Shown piece after piece: positions 10,608 to 20,515 of a stretch of DNA of 64,000 bases. The position numbers and the translations under genes were made by a program. The DNA comes from Desulfosudaceae bacterium (lineage in GTDB: Bacteria > Desulfobacterota > Desulfobacteria > Desulfobacterales > Desulfosudaceae): positions 1,088,001 through 1,152,000 of the forward strand of contig CAXXDV010000003.1 of assembly GCA_963674745.2 (NCBI GenBank), given 5' to 3'. The notes beneath the pieces were generated by a model, which ran no database searches, had not been told where the DNA came from, and saw only the letters and a program-made list of their open reading frames with translations. Within the stretch, counting starts at the first letter, position 1; each line of letters starts with the position of its first letter.

Positions 10608-10707
10608 CGCGAAGCGGGCCAACCCCGAACCCCCGATCATTGACACACAAGGCCGTCCCTGCTACAGATGATGAGCATAAAACCAATTGCTTATTTGACC
10701 TGATAAC

Positions 10708-11766
10708 ATGTTAAAATTTAACGTTCCATTCCTGCCCGATGAAACCTATATAAACTTTCTCAACGCAAAGAAAGATGTCCTCCACTCCTGTCACTACAGT
10801 CTTCACGATCATCTGGCACTCGACGGCAGACACAAGACACGGGTGCTGGATATTGAAACCCTTGCGAAATACCTGGGTGAACTCGAAATCCCCAAAAAAT
10901 ATCTTCTGTTGAACACCCGGGTTTATCCCCCGGCCGCCTATACAGAACAGCATGCGTTGAAGGATGTTTTAGACCGGTTATCCCGGCTCGTCGACCAATC
11001 GGTAATCAGCGGCATCGTTTATGCCGACCAGTACCTCATTCAGGCCATCTCATCGGCCGGCCCGGACCTTTCCGGAATGCTGGAAGCGGTTCCCAGCGTG
11101 AACTGCATGATCGATTCCTACGAAAAATTCCTGGCATATCTTGACATCCTTGATACCACCCATTTTAAATCGCCCGGCAAACTTACCCTCGACCGGTCGT
11201 TAAACAGGCGAATGGCCGATCTGTCCGCCATTTCGGAAAATATTCAAAAACACCATCCGGGCGTTGGCATCGAACTGCTCGCAAACGAAGGGTGCATTTA
11301 TCAATGCCCGTTCAAACCGGCCCATGACGCGCACATTTCCTTGCGGGACATTTGCGGCGGCGTGGATACCTTTCATGTCAATCGCACCTTCGGGTGCACG
11401 CAGTATTTTCTGGACCACCCGCATTGTCTCTTCAAATCGCCGTTTATCCGGCCCGAAGATACGGATGCCTACAGCCAGGTGGCGGATATTATCAAGATCT
11501 GCGGCAGAACCCTCGGCGCATCATTTTTAATAAAGGTGATTACGGCTTACATTGAACACAAATTTGAGGGAAACCTGCTTTCGTTAATGGATGCGACAGA
11601 CTTTCTCGCCGATCATTTTTATGTGGATAATCACCGGTTGCCGAAAACGTTTCTGAACACAATGACCACGTGTGATAAATCCTGCCGGACCTGCAACTAT
11701 TGCAAAGACCTGTTCCAAACCCATGTGAGACGGCAGAATAACGTTTTTAAGGAACTGCCCGGGTAA
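10708..11766 (+). CDS. Peptidase U32 family-like Fe-S protein
   Basis: ELLANEGCIYQCPF, PFIRPED, IIKICGR, C-terminal CDKSCRTCNYC; sigma70-like TTGACA at 10640. Confidence 0.7.
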   Translation: MLKFNVPFLPDETYINFLNAKKDVLHSCHYSLHDHLALDGRHKTRVLDIETLAKYLGELEIPKKYLLLNTRVYPPAAYTEQHALKDVLDRLSRLVDQSVISGIVYADQYLIQAISSAGPDLSGMLEAVPSVNCMIDSYEKFLAYLDILDTTHFKSPGKLTLDRSLNRRMADLSAISENIQKHHPGVGIELLANEGCIYQCPFKPAHDAHISLRDICGGVDTFHVNRTFGCTQYFLDHPHCLFKSPFIRPEDTDAYSQVADIIKICGRTLGASFLIKVITAYIEHKFEGNLLSLMDATDFLADHFYVDNHRLPKTFLNTMTTCDKSCRTCNYCKDLFQTHVRRQNNVFKELPG

Positions 11767-12049
11767 GACGAGGTGATTAAGTGTTGATGTGATTAAGTGA
11801 TTATGTGATTAAGGGGCCGGGGTTACCTGCCTCGCAAGAGTTTCAGGGTGTTATGATTCAGGTTTTAGGGGCTGTGGGGAATGTTCATAAATAATGTAGG
11901 GGCAGGCCCCCGTGCCTGCCCGGTGAAGGGCAACCACAGGGGGTTGCCCCTACAGGCGCATAAATTACCGAGGCCTAAAATGTTAACACTCTAAAACCCT
12001 GAAACTTTAACACTTTAAAAACTTAAAACCCCCGCGAAGCGGCCGAACT

Positions 12050-13558
12050 TCAAACCTCCTTCGACGCATGAACGCCCGGTATTTTGTCAAACCAGGGCCG
12101 GGCTTCTTCCAGTTGGCCGGCCAGCTGGAACAGGGTTGTCTCATCGCCGAAAGGGGCCACAAACTGGGAGCCGCAGGGCAGGCCGTCGGCCGTCCAGTAC
12201 AGGGGGACGGACATGGCCGGCAGGCCGCACAGGTTGGCCAGTTGCGTGAAAGGCGTGGGCGCCAGGTTTTTATAGCCTGTTTTTTCGATCATGCCCGACA
12301 GGATCAGCAGCTTTTCCAGCTTTAAGGTGTGAATGACGGAAGAACCGAATTTCTCAAAGGATGACAACTTGTTCTCGCCGATCAGGGGCGGTATATCGGC
12401 GGCCGTCGGAATCAGGTAAAGATCATACCGGGAAAAGTAATCGGCCATGGCCATGGCCGCCCGGTGCCATTGCCGTTTGGCTTTGACAAAGTCACAGGCG
12501 GTAAAGGTTCGCCCCAGCTTGCTGATGGTCCATGTCAGGGCCTCCATATCCGCCGGTTTGGCCTTCCGTTTAAGATAATCACTTATTTCGTCGACATCCG
12601 CGGCCACTTCCCCGTAGTACATGATGAAATAACTCATGGCCAGGGCCTTGCCGTCAACCGCCGGTTCCGCCTCTTCGACGACATGTCCCAGGTCGGTCAA
12701 CAGGCCGGCCGTGCTTTCAATGGCCCGGACGCAGTCATCATGAACCGGTGTGCCTAGGGGCGAACGCGTGCATAAACCGATTTTCAACTGACCGACACGG
12801 CTTTTGACCGCTTCCAGGTAAGGCGTTTCCGGTTCGGGGATAATAAAAGGCGCGCCTTTTTCCGCCCCCCGGACGGCGTCCAGCATGGCGGCACTGTCGC
12901 GAACCGACCGGGTCAGCACATGCTCCTGGGCCGCTCCCTGCCAGTGTTCACCTTGCTGCGGACCGGCGGGAACCCGTCCCCGACTGGGTTTTAACCCGAA
13001 CAGCCCGCACCATCCCGAAGGAATACGAATGGAACCGCCTCCGTCCCCGCCCGATGCCATGGGCACCATGCCCGATGCCACGGCCGCGGCGGACCCGCCG
13101 CTGGAACCGCCCGGCGTCCTGTCCGGGCTCCAGGGGTTTTTCGTGGGGCCGTGAAGCTCCGGTTCCGTCACACCCATCAACCCGAATTCCGGGGTATTGG
13201 TTTTGCCCAGCACAACCACACCGGACCGCTTGAACCGTGTGACCAGTTCGCTGTCATAGTCGGGAATGTAGTTCTGATAAGCCTTGCAGCTGTTTGTCAG
13301 CGGTGCTCCGGCATAGGCGGCGATCAGATCCTTGAGCAGGAAAGGCACGCCTTCAAACGGACCCGGTGGTAAATGATTTTCGATTGTCTTTCGGGCATTG
13401 TCATACATGGAATGAATGACAGCATTGAGTTCGGGGTTGACGGCCTCGATCCGTTTGATTGCTTCTTTGCAGAGTTCGGACGGGGTGACGGATTTGTTTT
13501 TAACCAGTTCCGCCAGGCCAAGGGCGTCATACCGGTGGTATTCCTGGAAACCGGCCAT
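12050..13558 (-). CDS. Amidase signature family protein
   Basis: GVPFLLKD, GKTNTPEFG, GGSSGGSAAAVA, DGGGSIRIP. Confidence 0.93.
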   Translation of the reverse strand: MAGFQEYHRYDALGLAELVKNKSVTPSELCKEAIKRIEAVNPELNAVIHSMYDNARKTIENHLPPGPFEGVPFLLKDLIAAYAGAPLTNSCKAYQNYIPDYDSELVTRFKRSGVVVLGKTNTPEFGLMGVTEPELHGPTKNPWSPDRTPGGSSGGSAAAVASGMVPMASGGDGGGSIRIPSGWCGLFGLKPSRGRVPAGPQQGEHWQGAAQEHVLTRSVRDSAAMLDAVRGAEKGAPFIIPEPETPYLEAVKSRVGQLKIGLCTRSPLGTPVHDDCVRAIESTAGLLTDLGHVVEEAEPAVDGKALAMSYFIMYYGEVAADVDEISDYLKRKAKPADMEALTWTISKLGRTFTACDFVKAKRQWHRAAMAMADYFSRYDLYLIPTAADIPPLIGENKLSSFEKFGSSVIHTLKLEKLLILSGMIEKTGYKNLAPTPFTQLANLCGLPAMSVPLYWTADGLPCGSQFVAPFGDETTLFQLAGQLEEARPWFDKIPGVHASKEV

Positions 13559-13753
13559 ACGTTCCTCCCAAAAAAATAAATAAATATTTAACGAGTCGAT
13601 TCGGGCGCGGGCTCACCTGTAGAGCACCTCCCTGTGGTTGCCCTTTTACCGGGCAGGCACGGGGGCCTGCCCCTACATTGTTTGTGAACACCTACCCCGG
13701 CCTGTAGGGGCAACCCCCTGTGGTTGCCCTTTCATTTCGGCCGAAGAGGGAAA

Positions 13754-14449
13754 TTATGTTTTTTTCGGGGCAGGAAACAACTCTTTCAAGGTCGGGGTAA
13801 ACAGGTACACCAGGCATTTTTTGACCCATTTGCGAAATTCCGGGCCATTGGGGTCCATGTTGAGCACCTTGCAATGATAAGGCGCTGCCCCGACAAAGCT
13901 GATCAGCAGGTTAAGAACACCGTAAAACCAGACGACAATATTATCTACACTTTTTTCCATTCTCAGTTCGTTGATCAGGATACCGCCGCCGGCAAAAACA
14001 TATTTGGAAAACGATTCAAAGGCCGGTGCGGTTTCCTTGGAGTCGGCTTCGCCGGCGTTTTTCATCAGGATCTGGAGCATGTCCGGGTTTTCAAAAAAAC
14101 AGTCCAGTGCCCGGTCGAGAAACCAGGAGAAGCCTTCTCCCGGCGGCATTTTCTGAACATCTTTGAGCCAGCCGGTGAACTCCTTGAGCAGTTCTTCGCT
14201 TACCTGTGAGGCCACTGCGCCGAACAGTTCGGACTTGGTAAAATAATGGTTGATCAGGGAAAAGTGAAAGCCGCCTTCTTCGGCGATCATGCGGATACTG
14301 GCCTTATGGTAGGGATAACGGGCAAATACCTTGCGGGCTGACGTAATGATCATGGCCCGGGTGGCGTCACTTTTGGATGCATGATCCGTATCCCGGGTAC
14401 GGGTACTCTTTTTTAATTTGGAGCGCCTGCTCGTTTTCTTGAATTTCAT
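13754..14449 (-). CDS. TetR/AcrR family transcriptional regulator
   Basis: HTH ASIRMIAEEGGFHFSLINHYF-TKSELF. Start ATG 14449 is preferred because the upstream ORF extension overlaps the divergent promoter. Confidence 0.85.
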   Translation of the reverse strand: MKFKKTSRRSKLKKSTRTRDTDHASKSDATRAMIITSARKVFARYPYHKASIRMIAEEGGFHFSLINHYFTKSELFGAVASQVSEELLKEFTGWLKDVQKMPPGEGFSWFLDRALDCFFENPDMLQILMKNAGEADSKETAPAFESFSKYVFAGGGILINELRMEKSVDNIVVWFYGVLNLLISFVGAAPYHCKVLNMDPNGPEFRKWVKKCLVYLFTPTLKELFPAPKKT

Positions 14450-14547
14450 ATTTACATGATAATCCCGGATAAACGGTTTTGTCAACAAGGTTGTTAAATA
14501 GAAAATCAAATTAAATCCCATAGATGGAAAAAGACCCCAAATTTTTG

Positions 14548-14608
14548 TGTACACACGTACAAAAAATACTTGACATGTTCCGGAGACAGATTATTATACA
14601 TATGTACA
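14548..14608 (+). promoter_or_regulatory. Sigma70-type promoter of the SCP2 gene flanked by two T(G/A)TACA-N2-(C/T)GTACA operators
   Basis: TTGACA 14570-14575, TATTAT 14592-14597; palindromes tgtacacacgtaca 14548-14561 and tatacatatgtaca 14595-14608. Confidence 0.65.
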
Positions 14609-14698
14609 AAAAAAATTGGCCAAATTGTACACTGCGAAACGACGAATGATCGTCACCGGAACAAATCAGTTTAATTGACAAAACTGGAGGAAACGAAA

Positions 14699-15268
14699 AT
14701 GGCAGAGCAAACCATCACCATCACCGTCGATGTAAAAGAACTGTTAACCGGATTTATCCCCAAACTGGCAAAGCAATACATGGCCCTTGGCGGGCTGGCC
14801 GAAGAATTAAAAGGTACGGAACTGACGTTGAACGTGGATGTCTCCGGCCAGGTGTACGGTTATCACATCAAGGACGGCGTTGATTTTGATGTCACCGAAG
14901 GTGCCCTGGACAACCCCATGGTGCAACTGGGTATCTCCCTTGAAACCATGGAAAAACTGGCGGACATGAAAAATATCGATATGCTGATCAACATGCAGGG
15001 CCAGTTGAGCAAGCAAAAGAACGATGTAATAAAAGGCCTGAAGGGTACCGGCGTTTTCCAGTTGAAAAACGGTGACGGTGCTCCGGCCGAGATTACGGCC
15101 ACCTTCAACGGCGCCGAAACGCCCAAAGCCACGATTTCCCTGGCCATGGAAGACGCTGCTGCCGTCAGCAGCGGGCAGGAATCGCCCATTCAGCTGTTCA
15201 TGAACGGGCGCCTGGGCATCGAGGGCGATATGTCCTTTGCCATGGGGCTGCAGCCGTTGTTGACATAA
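14699..15268 (+). CDS. SCP2 sterol/lipid-binding domain protein (tandem SCP2-like)
   Basis: RBS GGAGG; C-terminal SGQESPIQLFMNGRLGIEGDMSFAMGL is the SCP2 signature. Confidence 0.8.
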   Translation: MAEQTITITVDVKELLTGFIPKLAKQYMALGGLAEELKGTELTLNVDVSGQVYGYHIKDGVDFDVTEGALDNPMVQLGISLETMEKLADMKNIDMLINMQGQLSKQKNDVIKGLKGTGVFQLKNGDGAPAEITATFNGAETPKATISLAMEDAAAVSSGQESPIQLFMNGRLGIEGDMSFAMGLQPLLT

Positions 15269-15619
15269 TTCTGCTAAAGACCCGGATTGGGCTTAAAGCA
15301 CCGCATTTCGTCTGACCTGGGAATGCGTCTCGGCGCAAAAGTGGTTAAGTGTTTAAGTGATTAAGGGTTGAGTTGATTGAGTGCTTGTTTGAATGATGTA
15401 GGGACGGCCTTGCAGCCGTCCCTACATTGTATTTTGGTGTTTATGTGTTTAAGGGGGCGGGTGTGTTCCTGTAGGGGCGACCGGCGGGTCGCCCATGTGC
15501 AAGGGCGACCCGCCGGTCGCCCCTACGGTTTGTGATGATCGTTCATGAACATTGTAGGGGCAAGCCCCCGTGCCTGCCCGGTGAAGGGCACCCACAGGGG
15601 GGTGCCCCTACATAACCCC

Positions 15620-15754
15620 TAACCACATTACCACCTAACCACCTAATCACCTAACCACATAACCACCTAACCACATAACCACTTAACCACTTAACCACTT
15701 AACCACTTAATCACATAATCACATAATCACATAATCACATAATCACATAATCAC
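15620..15754. repeat. Octamer tandem repeat tract, about 17 units of TAA(C/T)CAC(A/C/T)
   Basis: Directly visible; ends in a perfect run of taatcaca. Confidence 0.9.
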
Positions 15755-15841
15755 CCGAACCGATAAAAACCCTGGACTTAATAAAACCTGATGTTCGATA
15801 ATAATGAAAATCAGCAAAGAACCCACAAGAGGGAGTCATAA

Positions 15842-16288
15842 TTGGAAATTAAAGTGGTGTTTTACCGTGGCCGTCTGTTTCTTCTGATGTACGGGCTCGG
15901 CCGGGTAATATGGGTTGCGGCAATCATTAACGGGGACTTTCGAGAGTGGCTGAAGGAAACACCTTTTACCTTTGTCATGAAGGCCGCTGACGGCGGGCCC
16001 ATTCGATATTTCCAGGGCATTAACGGAAAACTTCGCACCAGCCGCAAACCCATTCCCATGCCGGCTGACGCGCCGGAAATCAAGCCCTTCGGCCTTGTCT
16101 GGAAAGACAGTAAATCCGGCGGGCAGGCCATGTACGACATGCTGATGGGAAAATCCAAAGCCCTGAATGACGCCGTGGCCGACGGTGTACTGATGCTGGA
16201 AGGTGAAGGGCAGATGGTTTTCTGGTTTTTAAAAACAATCAGCAGATTGAATCGCGTCTTCCACCCGAAAAAGAGGCCAAAAAAATAA
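15842..16288 (+). CDS. Hypothetical protein, possibly SCP2-like
   Basis: 148 aa ORF with RBS GGGAG; ALNDAVADGVLMLEGE resembles the SCP2 C-terminus; start uncertain. Confidence 0.55.
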   Translation: MEIKVVFYRGRLFLLMYGLGRVIWVAAIINGDFREWLKETPFTFVMKAADGGPIRYFQGINGKLRTSRKPIPMPADAPEIKPFGLVWKDSKSGGQAMYDMLMGKSKALNDAVADGVLMLEGEGQMVFWFLKTISRLNRVFHPKKRPKK

Positions 16289-16330
16289 CCAGCCCTAAAG
16301 GATGTATCCGTAAAAAGTCAAATAGGAGAC

Positions 16331-17692
16331 ATGGCCATGAGACCTGCCCCAAAAACCATCGGTATCGTTTTGTTGTTTGCCTTTCTGTTGTCCGTTGTCA
16401 ATGCCTATGCGGATGAGGCCGGGCAGGATCCGACACCGGACCAGGCGGCGGCAGCCACTGCCGCCGGAGACACCCCGGCCGTAACCGAAACCTATTTTGA
16501 TCCCGAACTGGAAAGCATCCTGGCGGTCAAGGAACGTTCACGGTACGATTTTCTGGCCCGGCTGACACCGGAAGAACAGCACCAGCTGGCCCGCATGATC
16601 AAAGAGCGGGTGGACGATGAAGCCGGGGTCGTCGTCTCCATCATGGCCATTGTGTCCCGTTTTGTACCGGCCTTTATCAGTGCGCAGTTCGCGGACAAGA
16701 TGGAACCCGCTGTGGTGGCCCGGATTTCCGACAAGGTGTCCGTCGGCAAGGCCATTGCCATCGGTAAACGTCTCGAGCCCGAGTTCCTGGCTGAAGTGGC
16801 CGTATACCAGGACCCGAAAAAAGTCACGGCAGTGGTCGAAGGACTGCCTGACGAGGACCTGACGAAAATTACCCGGATTCTTTTTGACAGGGGTGAGTAC
16901 CGGATCGTAGCCGGGTTTTCGGACGGCCTGAGCCCGGAAAAACTCCGGTCAGTGGCCGAGAAGATCAATGACCCGGCCACCCTGATCGAGATCGCGCGCT
17001 ACATGAAAAACCGGGACAAAACAGTTAAAACCGCGATCTCCCTGTCCGATGACTACCTGCTGGGTTTTATGAACCTGCTTTCCAGTGAAGAAGATTACAA
17101 ACTGGCCGCGGCTGTGGGCCGTGAGCTGGATCCGGATCGCCAGATCAGAATGCTCAACCGGCTGGATATGGATAAAGCCGCCATGATCGCATCTTACTAT
17201 CCGCCCGAGACCATTGCCCGGATTATGGAAATGGCCGAAGACGGTGTGCACGATACCTATCTTTATGACATCACCCGGATTCTGCTGGAAAGAGGTGATT
17301 ATCAGGTTATGGCCGGATTCTCGGACGCCCTCAGTGTTGAAATGCTGACCGATGTTGCCAAAAGCATCAATGACCCGGCCGGCCTGATTCGGATCGCGCG
17401 ATACATGAAGGACAAGGAAAAAATAGCCCTGACGGCCATAGGGCTCCCCGATGACTACCTGCTGGGGTTTTTATCCCAGATTTCCAGCAGGGAAGATTAT
17501 GAACTGGCTGCCATCGTGGGCCAAAAAATGGATATCGACCGGCAGATCAGCATGCTTTCCCGGCTGGATACGGAAAAGGCCGTCCGCCTGGCCTCTTATT
17601 ATCCCTCGGAAACCCTGACGCAGATTCTGGAAAAATCAGATGATGAGCGCCTTGCCGAAATCGCCCCGCGACTGAAGGGGTGTATAAAATAG
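16331..17692 (+). CDS. Exported alpha-helical protein with an internal duplication of about 130 aa
   Basis: Signal peptide; two copies of ITRIL..RG.Y...AGFSD.LS...INDPA.LI.IARYMK...DDYLLGF...ASYYP.ET. Confidence 0.75.
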   Translation: MAMRPAPKTIGIVLLFAFLLSVVNAYADEAGQDPTPDQAAAATAAGDTPAVTETYFDPELESILAVKERSRYDFLARLTPEEQHQLARMIKERVDDEAGVVVSIMAIVSRFVPAFISAQFADKMEPAVVARISDKVSVGKAIAIGKRLEPEFLAEVAVYQDPKKVTAVVEGLPDEDLTKITRILFDRGEYRIVAGFSDGLSPEKLRSVAEKINDPATLIEIARYMKNRDKTVKTAISLSDDYLLGFMNLLSSEEDYKLAAAVGRELDPDRQIRMLNRLDMDKAAMIASYYPPETIARIMEMAEDGVHDTYLYDITRILLERGDYQVMAGFSDALSVEMLTDVAKSINDPAGLIRIARYMKDKEKIALTAIGLPDDYLLGFLSQISSREDYELAAIVGQKMDIDRQISMLSRLDTEKAVRLASYYPSETLTQILEKSDDERLAEIAPRLKGCIK

Positions 17693-17901
17693 GTTCAAGG
17701 TTCGGGGTTCAGGGTTCAAGGTTCGTGGGTCGATGGGTCGATGGGTACCACGGTCTGTAGGGGCGACCGGCCGGTCGCCCATTTGCCGTTTTCAGGTGGC
17801 TGCCCTTTTTGCCTAAGGCCCGTAGGGGCACGGCGTGCCGTGCCCGTATGCAAAGGGCGACCCGCCGGTCGCCCCTACAATACCTAAAACCCTAAAACCT
17901 G

Positions 17902-19569
17902 TTAGCCTTTGTAAAGCGCCTTATATTCTTCCCGGATCTCCTTTTTATTCAGCTTTCCCACGCTGGTTTTGGGGATCTGGTCCACAAACAGCACCTCGTC
18001 GGGCAGCTGCCATTTGGCAAAGGTTTTGGCCAGATGGGTCCTGATATCCGCGGCCGTAACCTTGTCTTTTTCGTTCTCGCGTAAAACCACCAGCGCCAGC
18101 GGACGCTCTTCCCATTTGGGATGGGCGATGCCTACCACGGCGGCTTCCAGGACAGCGGGATGGGAGACGATTTCATTTTCCATGTCAACCGAGCTGATCC
18201 ATTCGCCGCCGCTTTTGATGACATCTTTGACCCGGTCGGTGATTTTAACATAACCGTACTCGTCCATGGTGCCCACATCACCGCTTCGCCAGTACCCGTT
18301 TTCCGTGAACTGGTTTTCCGACCCCGGTGCATCATGGTATTTTCCGGTAATCCACGGCCCCCGGATGATGATCTCGCCGGGTGTCCTGCCGTCGGCGGGC
18401 ACTTCATTGCCTGAGGCATCGACCACTTTAACATCCAGCCCCACGACCGGCAGGCCCTGTTTTTTCTTTAACTCCCATTTCTGGTCTTCGTCCAGTTCGG
18501 CCTCCAGCCAGGGCATGATCCGGTTGGTGGTCACCATGGGCGTGGTTTCAGTGGCGCCGTAGGCATGAATAATCTCGGCCCCGGTCATGTCCATGAAACC
18601 CTTCATCATGGATACCGGCGGTTCGCTGGCACCCGAAAGCATCCGCGCGCCCTTCAGGTCGGGCTTGTCATCCAGGCCGCGGATGTACTCTAAAAGCGGC
18701 ATGAAGATAGCCGGGGCACCGGCGCTGACGGTTACTTTTTCGTCTACAATCAGACGGCTGAGCGCCTCCAGTGTATCCAGGGTGTACATGCCCGGAAAAA
18801 CGAGGCGGGCGCCGACCATGGTGGCGGCCTGGCTCAGCCCCCAGCCCAGGGCATGAAACAGGGGCACGATCTGGCAGTAGGTGTCCTGGGCCGAGATGCC
18901 GGCGTTGGCGCCGATGGCGCTGGTGTGAAGATAGACATTTCGGTGGGAGTAATACACGCCCTTGGGACGGCCGGTCGTGCCGGTGGTATAGCAGGCCGCG
19001 TAAGCCGAGGTTTCGTCCATCACGGGCCATTTGAAATCCGGGGAAGCCCCGGCCAGCAGGTCTTCATAAGAAAAAGTATTTTCCAGGGAGGTCTCTACGT
19101 CGGCCAGCTTTTTACCGGGCAGGGTGATGATCACAAATCCTTCCAGGTTTTTGCACAGCGGGGCCACGGCATGGGCTATGGGCAGCAGGGTCTCGTCCAC
19201 AATAATAAACCGGGCACCGGAATGGTCGATCACATAAGCCAGGTCCTGGGGCGTCAGCCGCAGGTTGAGCAGAAGCATGACCGCGCCCATGCCCGGCAGC
19301 CCGAAGTAAATCTCGTAGTTTTCATGGCTGTTCCAGGCCAGTACACCGACCCGGTCACCCACGTTGACGCCGATGGACTTAAGGCCGTTGGCCAGCCGCT
19401 TCATCCGGTCGTAGGCATCGGCATACGTATACTTAAACATACTGCCGTCCAGCCGCCGGCTGACGATTTCCTGGCGTCCGAAAGTGCGGCTGGCGTGCCG
19501 GATGATATTGGTTACATTAAGCTGATAGTTGTCCTGGCTGGTGGCGGGAAATCCCTTGATGATGTCCAT
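17902..19569 (-). CDS. Long/medium-chain fatty acid--CoA ligase
   Basis: YTTGTTGRPKGV, AYGATET, RSGDVG, DRVKDVIKSGGEWISS, KTSVGK. Confidence 0.93.
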   Translation of the reverse strand: MDIIKGFPATSQDNYQLNVTNIIRHASRTFGRQEIVSRRLDGSMFKYTYADAYDRMKRLANGLKSIGVNVGDRVGVLAWNSHENYEIYFGLPGMGAVMLLLNLRLTPQDLAYVIDHSGARFIIVDETLLPIAHAVAPLCKNLEGFVIITLPGKKLADVETSLENTFSYEDLLAGASPDFKWPVMDETSAYAACYTTGTTGRPKGVYYSHRNVYLHTSAIGANAGISAQDTYCQIVPLFHALGWGLSQAATMVGARLVFPGMYTLDTLEALSRLIVDEKVTVSAGAPAIFMPLLEYIRGLDDKPDLKGARMLSGASEPPVSMMKGFMDMTGAEIIHAYGATETTPMVTTNRIMPWLEAELDEDQKWELKKKQGLPVVGLDVKVVDASGNEVPADGRTPGEIIIRGPWITGKYHDAPGSENQFTENGYWRSGDVGTMDEYGYVKITDRVKDVIKSGGEWISSVDMENEIVSHPAVLEAAVVGIAHPKWEERPLALVVLRENEKDKVTAADIRTHLAKTFAKWQLPDEVLFVDQIPKTSVGKLNKKEIREEYKALYKG

Positions 19570-19707
19570 GTTTGCTTCCTCCGCGGTTATATTTTTTTAT
19601 CTGTCTGTCTTGAACACTTCGGACGGTTAAAGGTGTTGTTGTTTTAGGTTTTAAAGTTTTATGGTGTTAGAGTTTTAAGGTATCAGGCCTTAGTAATGCC
19701 TTGTCTT

Positions 19708-20200
19708 GTAGGGCCCCCCCGCGGTTGCCCTCATAATCCCCGGCCCGTAGGGGCAACCCCCTGTGGTTGCCCTTCACCAGGGCAGGCACGGGGGCCTGCC
19801 CCTACATTGTTCATGAACGATTTCCACGGTATTCATAAACATTCCCCACGGCCCGTAGGGGCAACCCCCTGTGGTTGCCCTTCACCAGGGCAGGCACGGG
19901 GGCCTGCCCCTACATTGTTCATGAACGATTTCCACGGTATTCATAAACATTCCCCACGGCCTGTAGGGGCAACACCCTGTGGTTGCCCTTCATCAGGGCA
20001 GGCACGGGGGCCTGCCCCTACATTGTTCATGAACGATTTCCACGGTATTCATAAACATTCACCACGGTCCGTAGGGGCAACCCCCTGTGGTTGCCCATCA
20101 CCAGGGCAGGCACGGGGGCCTGCCCCTACATTGTTCATACACATTCGCCGTTCATAAACATTCCCCACGGCCCGTAGGGGTTGATGCAAGGGAAGGCCAA
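19708..20200. repeat. Tandem array of REP doublets, 108-bp period (4 full units)
   Basis: GTAG starts at 19747, 19855, 19963, 20071 and 20174; near-identical linker attgttcatgaacgatttccacggtattcataaacattc. Confidence 0.93.
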
Positions 20201-20515
20201 ATGCCTTCCCTTACATCGTTCAACCCCACCCCGGGTGTTGAACCCCGTCCTCCACTCGCAAAATTAAACCTCAAACCTGATTTATGCTTTGTCGGGTGCC
20301 ACGGGCAAAGCGAAGCTTGCCCGTGCCATACCTCAAACCTCAATCTTTCTCCCGCGAAGCGGGCCACAGCCAATCTCAAACCCCGCCACCTTAACCACTT
20401 AACCACATAATCACTTAACCACATAACCACTTAACCACATAACCACATAACCACATAACCACAGCGCCATAACACCTTAAAACCCTAAAACTTTAAAACT
20501 TTAAAACTTTAAAAC

